Source: Candidatus Pacearchaeota archaeon (GTDB lineage: Archaea; Nanobdellota; Nanobdellia; Pacearchaeales; JAPDKA01). Taken from it: a stretch of DNA of 64,000 bases. Each line of letters starts with the position of its first letter. Within the stretch, counting starts at the first letter, position 1. This document shows positions 1 to 9,452 of this stretch, one piece after another. The DNA lies in NCBI GenBank assembly GCA_038840695.1, contig JAWBVE010000004.1, positions 774 through 64,773 of the forward strand. Reading direction: 5' to 3'. Both the position numbers and the translations under genes were made by a program. The notes below the pieces were generated by a model, which ran no database searches, was not told the DNA's origin, and was given only the letters and a program-made list of their open reading frames with translations.

Positions 1-20
1 AAAAGCAGGAAGCGCGAGGC

Positions 21-860
21 ATGAGAAAGAGGCAAAAAATTTTTCAATGCGCGAGCAGGCAAGGCACGCAAAATACATGCTATGCACGGGGTGCGATAAC
101 GCTCTATGTTATTATCGCAATTCTCATTGTCGTTGTTGGGCTTTTTACTTTCAGCATTGTTGCCAGGAGCAGAACAAAGAAAGCTGTTGAGCCAGAGTGG
201 TTTAGAGATTATGTGAAGGGCTGCGTTAAGCAATGGCTAGACCGAGCTATTTTAACAGTAAATCTCTTTGCTTGTGGCACATTGCCTAGTGGCAAGCCAG
301 CCTGCTATGGCCAAATACCTTACTTTTGCTATAATGATGTGCCAGGCCAAAATTGCATCCCACAAGATCCGCTCGATTATTCAAGCATAATTAACATTGT
401 TAAGGGCAATGTATCACTGTGCATTAATAATGCTACAGCTGAAGCACAAAAAAAGGGCTTTGAAACTACGCCACAATCTTTCACTCCATCAAACATTGAT
501 GTCAATTTTAGCTCGACATTTGAGCTAATAAAGCTCGACATAACAGCGCCGATAACATTAAAAAGAGGCGATCTAACAATAAGTATGTCAAGATTTGATG
601 TCGAGACAGAAAACAAGGGGCAGATAGTTTGGGGCAATCTAGAAATGTTTAGAGATGTGGTAAATTCAATAGTACAGCTTGAAAGCATTGGAGACTATAC
701 CCTTAATGAATTAGCTGAAAACCAGGAAATTTTTAAAGATGTAATAATCAGCATTGAAGATGGCAATCCATTTTATCCTTTTGGTGGAGGAACAAGAGTT
801 TATGCTTTAGAAAAACAAGGCCAAAAGTTTAAATTTGCGATAAGAGAGATAAAATATTAG
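21..860 (+). CDS. Pilin-like protein with class III signal peptide (DPANN hypothetical)
   Basis: Basic leader ending ..YARG, then hydrophobic AITLYVIIAILIVVVGLF; Cys-containing extracellular domain. Confidence 0.65.
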   Translation: MRKRQKIFQCASRQGTQNTCYARGAITLYVIIAILIVVVGLFTFSIVARSRTKKAVEPEWFRDYVKGCVKQWLDRAILTVNLFACGTLPSGKPACYGQIPYFCYNDVPGQNCIPQDPLDYSSIINIVKGNVSLCINNATAEAQKKGFETTPQSFTPSNIDVNFSSTFELIKLDITAPITLKRGDLTISMSRFDVETENKGQIVWGNLEMFRDVVNSIVQLESIGDYTLNELAENQEIFKDVIISIEDGNPFYPFGGGTRVYALEKQGQKFKFAIREIKY

Positions 861-882
861 AATAAAATAGACAAAAAATAGA

Positions 883-3800
883 ATGAAAAAAAAGAGTGCC
901 TGCGTAATTTTGATGACAATTTTATTGCTAGTGCTAATCCCTTTGAGTGCAGCAATTGTCTATCATCCAGGCCTGGTAAGAGATGCTTTTCCTACAGAGC
1001 AGAGCGGGTGCATAAATGAATTGAACAACTGCGGACGAGACATTAATTGTGTCAAAGACAAAAACAAAATATGTGAAAATAATCCTTATGTTACAATTGT
1101 GTGTAAGGAAGGAAATGTTTCAATTGGCGGCTCTATTGACACTTGCACAATCAATGAAAGCCAAATAATTTTTTCAGGAAATTATCTCTTGGTCTATAAC
1201 TTTACCAATTTTATGATTGAGAAAGGGCCTTTAAAATATAAAGATATTGAGCTTAGAGTTGTTTCATTGTCTACTCTTTTTGCTGATGAAGGGAGCGCTA
1301 AAGGCGGTAACACAACAAAAGGTAAGTTCAATCAATCGGGTGGGCGAGGTGGAAAAGGAGCAACATTGACAAGCTTTGCCTATGCAGGCACGAAGGGCAA
1401 TGACAGTGATAAAAAAGGTGGAGAAGGAGGCTATGGCGGAGGAAGCATAATTATTTATGCCAAAAATTTTACTAATTATGGAAGGCTTAATGCTAATGGC
1501 GTAGTAGGAGAGGCTGGGAGTGGATGCGAGGGTTGCCAAGGGAGTGGTGGAGGCGGCGGCGGAGGTGGAGGCTTGGTTGTAATAAATGCTGATTATTTTG
1601 ATAATCAGGGAACAATTTCTGCTGAGGGAGGAGTTGGCGGGCTAGGTGGAGAAGAGTATGGTGGAGGAGGTGGAGGCGGAGACGGAGGAACAATTCATCT
1701 TAATGTAAAAGAAATAAAAAATGAAGGAAATCTTTTTGTTGATGGAGGGCCTGGCGGATGCTCTGCGTGGAATCTTACTGAAGAAGGGGAAAAAGAAAAT
1801 ATTTTTTGTGGTGCTCAAGGTGGGTATGAGAATTGGCTAATCAAAACCTTTTGGTTTGCACGTAAAGAGGAAGAAATTAAAAAGGATGGAGAGAAAGGAA
1901 AGTGCTTAGCAGAAGAAGGAAAATGGAGAGGATGGGCGGTTTTGGATTCATGCGCGAGAATTGAATTTAATATATGTGACCCAACGCGTAATGTGCCTGA
2001 GGGGGAACCAAAATGTGAAAAAACGAAGGGTAATATGAATCATTCAATAGCCCTTAGAACTTATGAATGCGTGTCACACAAGATGTGGCATAAAGGTTAT
2101 AATTGCTTGGGCGCTGCAGCACCTGAAAGTGGAGATTTTGATGCCCCAACCATAGGCGAAGAAGAGCCGGGCCAAAATGGCGCAGATGGAACTATAATAG
2201 AAGCAAATTGCATTTATAAAGCATATAATGGATCGATCTTACTAAAAAACAATGGTGATTTTTGGTGTGATTATTTTAGTAATTATAATATAGAAGAGGG
2301 GGGTGATAAGGTGGGTACATTGCACATGTTGTTTTGGTGCAATGATGGGAAAATTGCTGCGTCGCAGCTTTCAAATAGAGCCCATATTTGCAAGGATGGC
2401 GAATTTGAGCTAAACCTTTTTTCTCAATGTTTTCAACTCAGCTCTGAGAATTGTGCAAACAATTGGCAATGTAGGAAAATTAATGACAAGTGTGTTCCAA
2501 AATATCCTTCAGCAGAAGCTGATTGCTCATATGGAAATAGCATTATAAAGGGAAATGGAGAATGTACTCTTAATTCTAGCACATATTTTCAACCTTACAA
2601 AGAGTGCGTCAGAGCGAGCTTAGGAAACAATGATTTAAATCCCTCTAAGGCCATTTGTAGCTCGGTCGGTGATTGTGGCAACAATAGCCACTTCTCAGAA
2701 GAGGTTTCCCTTGGTGAGGGCTACGATATTATTCCTCTCGACAATTCAAGCGCATTATTTAAATGCGAGAAGGTTGAGTTAAAGCCTCAGACTGAAGATA
2801 CATGCTCAACATGCAATGAAGAACCGCTATCTGAATATGGAAGATGTACTGATTATGTTTGCAGCAGTCTTGGAAGCGATTGTAAATATAATAGTGAAAC
2901 AAAACAATGTGAAAAGACTTATTCAGGAATAGAGCCTTATTTAACAGATATTGGTGTAAGCGCTGAAGGCTATGAATGCAAAATAGAAAAAGAAGTTGTA
3001 GAAGGAAAGGTGCTCCCTTCAATCACTTTGAGTTGTGCAACTGCTGGAGAATGCATTTTACCTTATTCAAAACTTAAGTTAACTTATAGCACAAATAATG
3101 ACACAATTTGTAAGATAGCAATTTATCCTAAAGGCCAATCTCTCAGTGCTTCCTGGGAAAACATGAGTAATGCAGATAATAATGCAAATTTCTTTACTAC
3201 GCAACATGTTTGGGACATTCCTGCATATTTTTTCCCAAAGCTTGATCAAGATGTGAGTGCTCATGCCTATCTTGTATGTAAAAATAGGTATGGCAAAAGT
3301 AAAACTTATGAAATAAACTTTTGTGTTTCAGGCACAGATAATATCCCGCCAGCAATCGAGACTTCTTATGTGGATAGAGAAGAAGTTGCACCAGGACCAC
3401 AAAGTATGAAAATTTATGTGAATGAGCCAGTAGAAAATTGCACAGTGACCTTATCATCAGGAGGACAACTATTACTTAATAAAAATAACTTTAGTTATTC
3501 GAGGGAAGGCAAAATTGTGGCGGAATTTTCATTTGATATGCCTACACAAGATTTAAGCATTCAAATACAATGTGAAGATGAGAGTGGAAATGTTGGAGGG
3601 AAAAGCCTAACTTTAATACCGGCCGTAAGAGGGATTTCTCTTGCTATCGAAAGCCCGCAAGATAATTCAATTTTTACTACTTGCTATGATGAAGTTGAAA
3701 TAAATTATGCACTGTCAGTAGACACTGCATGCAATTTAGTTGGTTGTTCTTTAAAGGCGTGTAACACTACTAGTTGCAAAACTTTTTCACTTGGCCAGGA

Positions 3801-4158
3801 ATTACAGGGGAAAATTAAATTGGGTAATGGAAGTTATGTGCTTAATTTCTCTTGTTCAGATAGCTGCAACTTTGAAGCAAGCCAAAATGTAAGTATAAGT
3901 GTTAATGTTGACAAAGAGGGGCCGCACGTAAAAAGACTATACAAGGAAGGAGGCAATCTTGTAATTATTACAGATAAAAAGGCAAGTTGTTATGAATTGG
4001 CAAGATGTAGAGATGTTACGCAGAATGAATTAATATTTATCAGCCCATTTTCTCAAAATGCAATAAATCATCTCTTACCTTGGCGATTAGCTCCTTATTA
4101 TGCGTGGTGTCAGGATGAATGTGGTGATGGAGAATGCAATATAATAAATCCACTTTAA
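883..4158 (+). CDS. Large secreted Gly-rich/Cys-rich surface protein (adhesin-like)
   Basis: Signal peptide; repeated poly-Gly blocks alternating with I.I.A..F.N.G.(I/L).A.G strands; many Cys; Ig-like segments near the C-terminus (D..PP.I, C.D..GN). Confidence 0.7.
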   Translation: MKKKSACVILMTILLLVLIPLSAAIVYHPGLVRDAFPTEQSGCINELNNCGRDINCVKDKNKICENNPYVTIVCKEGNVSIGGSIDTCTINESQIIFSGNYLLVYNFTNFMIEKGPLKYKDIELRVVSLSTLFADEGSAKGGNTTKGKFNQSGGRGGKGATLTSFAYAGTKGNDSDKKGGEGGYGGGSIIIYAKNFTNYGRLNANGVVGEAGSGCEGCQGSGGGGGGGGGLVVINADYFDNQGTISAEGGVGGLGGEEYGGGGGGGDGGTIHLNVKEIKNEGNLFVDGGPGGCSAWNLTEEGEKENIFCGAQGGYENWLIKTFWFARKEEEIKKDGEKGKCLAEEGKWRGWAVLDSCARIEFNICDPTRNVPEGEPKCEKTKGNMNHSIALRTYECVSHKMWHKGYNCLGAAAPESGDFDAPTIGEEEPGQNGADGTIIEANCIYKAYNGSILLKNNGDFWCDYFSNYNIEEGGDKVGTLHMLFWCNDGKIAASQLSNRAHICKDGEFELNLFSQCFQLSSENCANNWQCRKINDKCVPKYPSAEADCSYGNSIIKGNGECTLNSSTYFQPYKECVRASLGNNDLNPSKAICSSVGDCGNNSHFSEEVSLGEGYDIIPLDNSSALFKCEKVELKPQTEDTCSTCNEEPLSEYGRCTDYVCSSLGSDCKYNSETKQCEKTYSGIEPYLTDIGVSAEGYECKIEKEVVEGKVLPSITLSCATAGECILPYSKLKLTYSTNNDTICKIAIYPKGQSLSASWENMSNADNNANFFTTQHVWDIPAYFFPKLDQDVSAHAYLVCKNRYGKSKTYEINFCVSGTDNIPPAIETSYVDREEVAPGPQSMKIYVNEPVENCTVTLSSGGQLLLNKNNFSYSREGKIVAEFSFDMPTQDLSIQIQCEDESGNVGGKSLTLIPAVRGISLAIESPQDNSIFTTCYDEVEINYALSVDTACNLVGCSLKACNTTSCKTFSLGQELQGKIKLGNGSYVLNFSCSDSCNFEASQNVSISVNVDKEGPHVKRLYKEGGNLVIITDKKASCYELARCRDVTQNELIFISPFSQNAINHLLPWRLAPYYAWCQDECGDGECNIINPL

Positions 4159-6440
4159 AAAGAGGCATGAAAGGAAAGATGGGAAGAAAGTTAATTGCTT
4201 TGTTTATTTTGCTTAGTTTACTTAGCATGAGCTTTTGCCTTGCTCTTTCATCCTCAGATGAACTTACAAAAGTTAAGAGAGGATATAATTGGTTAAATGC
4301 TAATGCAATAAAGCCAGGCTCAAACGAAATTGAGCTTAGCATCTCAACCTTTGCTCTGAAAGAGAGGCTTTCCACTAATCAAATCAAGCTCATAAACAAA
4401 ACCTTGCTTGAAAAAAGTTATGGCAATGGCACATGCTGGCCAGGGCCGCAAGAAAATAGCTGTGATGTGCTAGTGACTGCCATAGTAAAATTTGGGCTTG
4501 ATAGCATTGGCTTAGACACAAGCAAAGCAACCGAATGGCTTAGAAGGCATTTTATTCCTATTATGATTAGCGACATAAAATGGTATTTGCAGCTTACATC
4601 GCCAAACGCTTTTACATGTTATCTTAGAATCAATGATAGCGCAGTCATTCAGAATGTTAGCTTTAACGAAGCTGGAAGCATCGTGGCTTCTTCTCTTACT
4701 GAATGTTTTTCAGAAGCCGCGGCAAAGTATTGGCTAGAAATAAATCAATCATGTCTTAATAAAAGCTTTGAGATAATTTGTGATAAAGATGTTAAAGCAA
4801 ATTTTATTTTTGCAAGTAGTGCAAGCGGTGCATGGTTTGTACCTGGTGAAACTTTTGAGCTTAGTGCTAATGTAGCTAGCAAGTTGAGTATTCCTGTTCA
4901 ATATTGTCTTGCTCCTACCAATACTTGTAATTATGAAGCAAGCGCTTGGATGGCCTTTGCACTTCAACAAGTTAACTCATCTCTTGCAAGAAGCTTTTTG
5001 CTTTATCTTCTTTCAAAAGCTAGCGAAAATCAAAAGTATCTGCCTTATGCCTTTCTTTATGCTTTAATGAATAGCAGTGAATATTCGAGCAATGTTGTTG
5101 CATTAAGAAAGCCAAGTGGCTTGATCGAAGCGCCGAGTAGTGCTTATAACGAATACTATGACACAGGGCTTGCTGGAATGACAGGAGCCTTAGAAGGAGT
5201 AAATTTGTCAGTAACTAAGGCAACGCTTTTAAGTAATCAAAGTGCTCAGGGCTTTTGGCTTGCAAGCAGGAACAATGATACAATAAGGGATACAGCGCTG
5301 ATCCTGGCTGGAATATGGCCTGGCTTTACAGGCTATTCTGCCTGTGAGCTTGCAGGTTATAGTTGTGTAGCCAATTGCAGTGCTACTGGCGGCATCTTGC
5401 AGGCATTTTCATGCTTTGTTGGGGAATGTTGTAATATAAATGGCATTGAGGGAGCATGCGAGATTAGAGGAGGAAATTGCACAACAAATACAACATGCTC
5501 TGCTAATGAAACACAAGTGCCTTATGCATGCAGCTCTGGAAAATGTTGTAAGCCATTAAGTCAATCACTCTGTGTAGCTGAGATAAATGGTAGTGTTTGT
5601 CTACCAAGCCAGAAATGTGTTGCAGCAGGCTCTGTAGTTCCTTTCATAAGCTCGAGTGATAGCAATTATTGCTGTAAGGGCAATTGTACTACGCCGACTC
5701 CAACAAAAAGCTGTGCAGAGCTTGGCGGCGAGATTTGTGATTCTAATGCAGGCAAATCATGCTCTCAAGGAAAGTGGCTTCTTAATGCAAATGATACAAG
5801 CTTTTGCTGTCAGCAAGGCTATTGCTCGGCTGCTCTACTTCCTTGTGCTCAGCAAAATGGCATTATTTGTAAGCCTGATGAGGAGTGCGTTGGTGGTTAT
5901 CCTGTCATAGCATCTGATACAGGCAATAAGCCGAGCTGCTGTACTCAAGGCGGGAGATGTGTAGCAACAACATGCCAATATAGCTCTTGTGCTGAAGACG
6001 AAGGCTGTAGTGGAAAGAGCTATGAAACAAGTGATGCGCTAAAATGCTGTGAGGGAGAATGTTTAAAAAGCTGCTCAGCTCTTGGAGGCCAGACTTGTAA
6101 TGCTAATCAAAAATGCAAAGGCGAGCTTGTGAGTGCTTCAGATGTGACAAGTTGTTGCATTGGCCAATGCAAAGAAAAAGCTGGCTTTCCTTTTGGCATT
6201 TTAATTTTTATTTTACTAGTTCTTGGTCTTGGCGTAGCAGGCTTTATCTTATTCAAGAAAGGAAAGCTAAGTAAGGAAAAAATTAAAGCAGCCTTTAGTG
6301 GGCTTGGAAAAATAATAAAAATAAAGAAAAAGCCAAGGCCAGGAACAGGAGCACAGGCAGGCATGCCAGCAGCAATGCCTCCAACAATGCCGGCAATTCC
6401 CCGAGGAATGCCAAGGCCAGCAGGGCCAGGCACAAAGTAA
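4134..6440 (+). CDS. Membrane-anchored surface protein: prenyltransferase-like alpha/alpha repeats plus Cys-rich repeats
   Basis: Signal peptide; WL..Q..G.W / TA...L-type motifs; repeated C...GG..C....C...CC units; C-terminal TM (GILIFILLVLGLGVAGFIL) then Lys- and Pro/Met-rich tail. Confidence 0.65.
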   Translation: MQYNKSTLKRGMKGKMGRKLIALFILLSLLSMSFCLALSSSDELTKVKRGYNWLNANAIKPGSNEIELSISTFALKERLSTNQIKLINKTLLEKSYGNGTCWPGPQENSCDVLVTAIVKFGLDSIGLDTSKATEWLRRHFIPIMISDIKWYLQLTSPNAFTCYLRINDSAVIQNVSFNEAGSIVASSLTECFSEAAAKYWLEINQSCLNKSFEIICDKDVKANFIFASSASGAWFVPGETFELSANVASKLSIPVQYCLAPTNTCNYEASAWMAFALQQVNSSLARSFLLYLLSKASENQKYLPYAFLYALMNSSEYSSNVVALRKPSGLIEAPSSAYNEYYDTGLAGMTGALEGVNLSVTKATLLSNQSAQGFWLASRNNDTIRDTALILAGIWPGFTGYSACELAGYSCVANCSATGGILQAFSCFVGECCNINGIEGACEIRGGNCTTNTTCSANETQVPYACSSGKCCKPLSQSLCVAEINGSVCLPSQKCVAAGSVVPFISSSDSNYCCKGNCTTPTPTKSCAELGGEICDSNAGKSCSQGKWLLNANDTSFCCQQGYCSAALLPCAQQNGIICKPDEECVGGYPVIASDTGNKPSCCTQGGRCVATTCQYSSCAEDEGCSGKSYETSDALKCCEGECLKSCSALGGQTCNANQKCKGELVSASDVTSCCIGQCKEKAGFPFGILIFILLVLGLGVAGFILFKKGKLSKEKIKAAFSGLGKIIKIKKKPRPGTGAQAGMPAAMPPTMPAIPRGMPRPAGPGTK

Positions 6441-6459
6441 ACACAAAATATGTGAGCAG

Positions 6460-7050
6460 ATGAAAAATAAGAGCAAGGCCAGGCACAAGAAACACAAGCT
6501 CGAGAAAAACTTACTAGCTGGGCGAGAAGAATGGCTAGTCCGAGGCAGGCGAGGCTTTGAGCTAAGCTTTACTTTTATTTTTTCTCTTATCTTGATTGCT
6601 GTCTTTATTTATGTTGCAATATGGGCGATAAAGCATTTTCTCGAGCTCAAAGATAGAACACTCATTCAGGCATCAATTGATGACATAAAATCCGAAATCC
6701 AAGAAACTTGGCAGGCAGAGGGCAAGCAAGAAACACTAGAATTTTTATTTCCAAAATCTGTAACTTATATTTGCTTCGCAAATTTAACTTCATTAACTTG
6801 TTTAGGAAAAGCTTATTGCTCAGACCTTAATAATTACTCTGCCTACTCCTCCTTTAAGCAATACAACACTTTTGTTCTACCATTCAAGCTTAAGGCAAAG
6901 TATGGCATTCAAGGAGCTTATTTGATTAAATGTGGAGGCATTGATTGTCTTACCTTTGCTAATCCGACGTGTATTCAAAATAAGGCAGGAAAAGTTAAGA
7001 TAAAATTTAGTGGCGTAGCAGGCGGCTTAGTCAATGTGAGTGCTGGCTGA
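6460..7050 (+). CDS. Pilin-like protein, class III signal peptide
   Basis: RGRRG|FELSFTFIFSLILIAVFIYVAIW. Confidence 0.7.
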   Translation: MKNKSKARHKKHKLEKNLLAGREEWLVRGRRGFELSFTFIFSLILIAVFIYVAIWAIKHFLELKDRTLIQASIDDIKSEIQETWQAEGKQETLEFLFPKSVTYICFANLTSLTCLGKAYCSDLNNYSAYSSFKQYNTFVLPFKLKAKYGIQGAYLIKCGGIDCLTFANPTCIQNKAGKVKIKFSGVAGGLVNVSAG

Positions 7051-7076
7051 CTTTAAGCGCATTTTTTTAAACTTAT

Positions 7077-8102
7077 GTGGATTCTTTTTTTATGGAGTTT
7101 GCAAAAAGAGGGGCGCAGAAAGCATGCAAGAGAAAAGCGCAAAATGCACGAAAGGCCCAAATGGCGCGAAAGGTGCAAAAGGCGCGAGCACAAAAAGCAC
7201 AGCTTTCGAGCTTTGCCTGGATTTTTAGCCTTATCATAGGCGCTGTAATTCTTTTCTTTGCCTTCTTTTTTGTAACACAATATGGCAAGCAAGTAGCAAA
7301 GCCAACAAAAGAAGTAAGTGTAGAGAGTGGCATAAATATTTTGCTCGAGCCATTCTCTGAAGTAGGCTCACTTGTTGAGGCTCAAGGCACTGCACTTGAA
7401 TTTCCTGCAGATAGCTACACTGAATTTGGTTGTAATGCGAATAATGACTATAGCGAAATAAAGTGGCGAAATAGAAAAGAAAAAACTTTTTCAATAATAA
7501 AGCAAGTTCCGGACAAATATATTTTTAGTAAGCCTCTCATTACAACACAAAAAGAAACCTTTTTTGCTTTTTCAATGCCACTCAAAGATCCTTTCTTTAT
7601 TGCAACCCCAGTAATAATTGTGGATGGCAAATATTGCTTAACAAACTTGCCTTATCAATACCGAACTAAGCTAGAAGAAATTTCTAAAGATATTATTAGC
7701 AAAACAAAATCAGCGATTAATTTTACTAATTGCCCATCAGATTACTATAAAATAGATATTGGTTGTAGTGCTTGCAATTATGGCTTTGTTGATGGCAAGC
7801 CGTGGTTTTCTGACTTGATTTATGCAGCAATATTTTCAGATTTTGATACATATAATTGCAATCTTGATAGAATTTTGGCTAGAGCAAAGATCTTAGCTTC
7901 TATTTATAAAACAAAAGCCCAACTACTTAGGAATAAAGGTTGTACCATAGGCAACATCGAAGGAGCTTTAGATAGCTTTATTACAGCCATAGATACTTTC
8001 ATGAAAAGCAAAACAGGAAACAATCTAGGTTCTTTATACAATTCAATAGTGCAACTCAGAAATATAAATGCAGGGCTTGTTGCTGATTGCAAGCTTTTTT
8101 AA
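7077..8102 (+). CDS. Pilin-like protein, class III signal peptide
   Basis: ..QKA|QLSSFAWIFSLIIGAVILFF; start could be a later Met (e.g. 7161). Confidence 0.7.
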   Translation: MDSFFMEFAKRGAQKACKRKAQNARKAQMARKVQKARAQKAQLSSFAWIFSLIIGAVILFFAFFFVTQYGKQVAKPTKEVSVESGINILLEPFSEVGSLVEAQGTALEFPADSYTEFGCNANNDYSEIKWRNRKEKTFSIIKQVPDKYIFSKPLITTQKETFFAFSMPLKDPFFIATPVIIVDGKYCLTNLPYQYRTKLEEISKDIISKTKSAINFTNCPSDYYKIDIGCSACNYGFVDGKPWFSDLIYAAIFSDFDTYNCNLDRILARAKILASIYKTKAQLLRNKGCTIGNIEGALDSFITAIDTFMKSKTGNNLGSLYNSIVQLRNINAGLVADCKLF

Positions 8103-8103
8103 A

Positions 8104-8679
8104 ATGAAAGCCACAGCAAAAAGCAAAACAAGAGCAAGCACTAAGGCGAGGCAAGCACAAATACAATTTCAGGAGATGGCTTTTGTTTTAGTTGGCTTAA
8201 TACTTTTTTTCGGCCTTATTCTTATTTTCTTTAGCATTTACCAATCAGCAAGGATAAAAGAGCTCGCCGAAACAACGAGAAGAGAGGAAACAATATCAAA
8301 GATTCAGTCTATAGCAAATAGCCCAGAGTTTGCTTGTAGAGAGGCTTATTGTGTTGATGAGGAAAAGTTGCTTGGTTTTGCAGCCCTTGATGCTAGTAAA
8401 AAGCAAAGATATGAGAAGATGTGGGAAGGAGCAAAGATTGTGCTAATAGCTTTCGAGCGAATTTGGCCACAAAAAAAACAAGCTCTATGCAATGAAAGAA
8501 ATCCTCCTCCAGACTGCACCATCCATGTCATCTATAATAAGACAGCAGGCAAAAATTGGGAAAGCCATTCAATATTTGTGCCACTTTGCCACTACTTATC
8601 ACAAACTAGCAGCAGTGGCCTCAGTGGCTATCGATGCACAATAGGAAAAGCAGTCGTAGCTTTCGAGACAACAAAATAA
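8104..8679 (+). CDS. Pilin-like protein, class III signal peptide
   Basis: RQA|QIQFQEMAFVLVGLILFF; ATG at 8104, just after the upstream stop, preferred to 8068. Confidence 0.7.
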   Translation: MKATAKSKTRASTKARQAQIQFQEMAFVLVGLILFFGLILIFFSIYQSARIKELAETTRREETISKIQSIANSPEFACREAYCVDEEKLLGFAALDASKKQRYEKMWEGAKIVLIAFERIWPQKKQALCNERNPPPDCTIHVIYNKTAGKNWESHSIFVPLCHYLSQTSSSGLSGYRCTIGKAVVAFETTK

Positions 8680-8838
8680 AGCAAGGCAAAAAGCAAAAGC
8701 AAGCAAAAAAGATGGAAAACAAAAATGTGCAACAAGAAAAAATAAAACAAATGCTAAGCAAAAATAGAAAACAAAAAAAGTAAAATCAAAAAGCAAAAAT
8801 CAAAAAGTAAAAAAGCAAAAAAAGCAAAAAAGGCAAAA
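8680..8838 (+). repeat. A-rich low-complexity spacer (AAAAGC/AAAAT-type units)
   Basis: About 160 nt of degenerate A-run repeats between two co-oriented genes. Confidence 0.8.
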
Positions 8839-9396
8839 ATGGAAGAAAAAAACAAAAGAAAAGAGAAAAGAGCATGCTCTGTGAGAGCGCGAAGGGCGCA
8901 GCAAGAAGTTTTTGGCTTTGTTATTATTGTGCTACTTGTAATTGTTATAGGCATCATTATGCTAGCTTTTTCAATGCAGCGCAGCTTGAGAAAGCCTACA
9001 GCAGTGGCTGACATAAAAGTTAATAGCCTGCTTAATGCAATCATGCAATACACAAGCGAGTGCAACAACAAAAAAATCAGTGAAGTGATTGCAATGTGTG
9101 CGAATAATGAGCAGTGTGATGGTGGGGGAAACGCTTGTGATTATCTAACAAAGAATCTGACGGCTATTTTGAGTGCGAGCTTTCCTACTGTGAAGGACGG
9201 CAAAGGTTTTTTTAGTGGTTATAATCTGACTATTGGGGCTATTGGGACGCAGCCGTTTATTTCTATTACAGGCGGCGAGCAGAAGGGCAATGTTGTGGCA
9301 GGCTACTGGATAGTTCCAATACCACCAACAACAGGGCAACCAGCAACGAGCGTCGAGGCAAGACTTTATCTTTATTATCGAACAACGCAAACTTAG
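8839..9396 (+). CDS. Pilin-like protein, class III signal peptide
   Basis: RARRA|QQEVFGFVIIVLLVIVIGIIML. Confidence 0.7.
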   Translation: MEEKNKRKEKRACSVRARRAQQEVFGFVIIVLLVIVIGIIMLAFSMQRSLRKPTAVADIKVNSLLNAIMQYTSECNNKKISEVIAMCANNEQCDGGGNACDYLTKNLTAILSASFPTVKDGKGFFSGYNLTIGAIGTQPFISITGGEQKGNVVAGYWIVPIPPTTGQPATSVEARLYLYYRTTQT

Positions 9397-9452
9397 CTTT
9401 CTTAGCTTTTAACTTAGCTCTTAGCTAGCTCTTGCTTATCTAGCAAGTTTTA

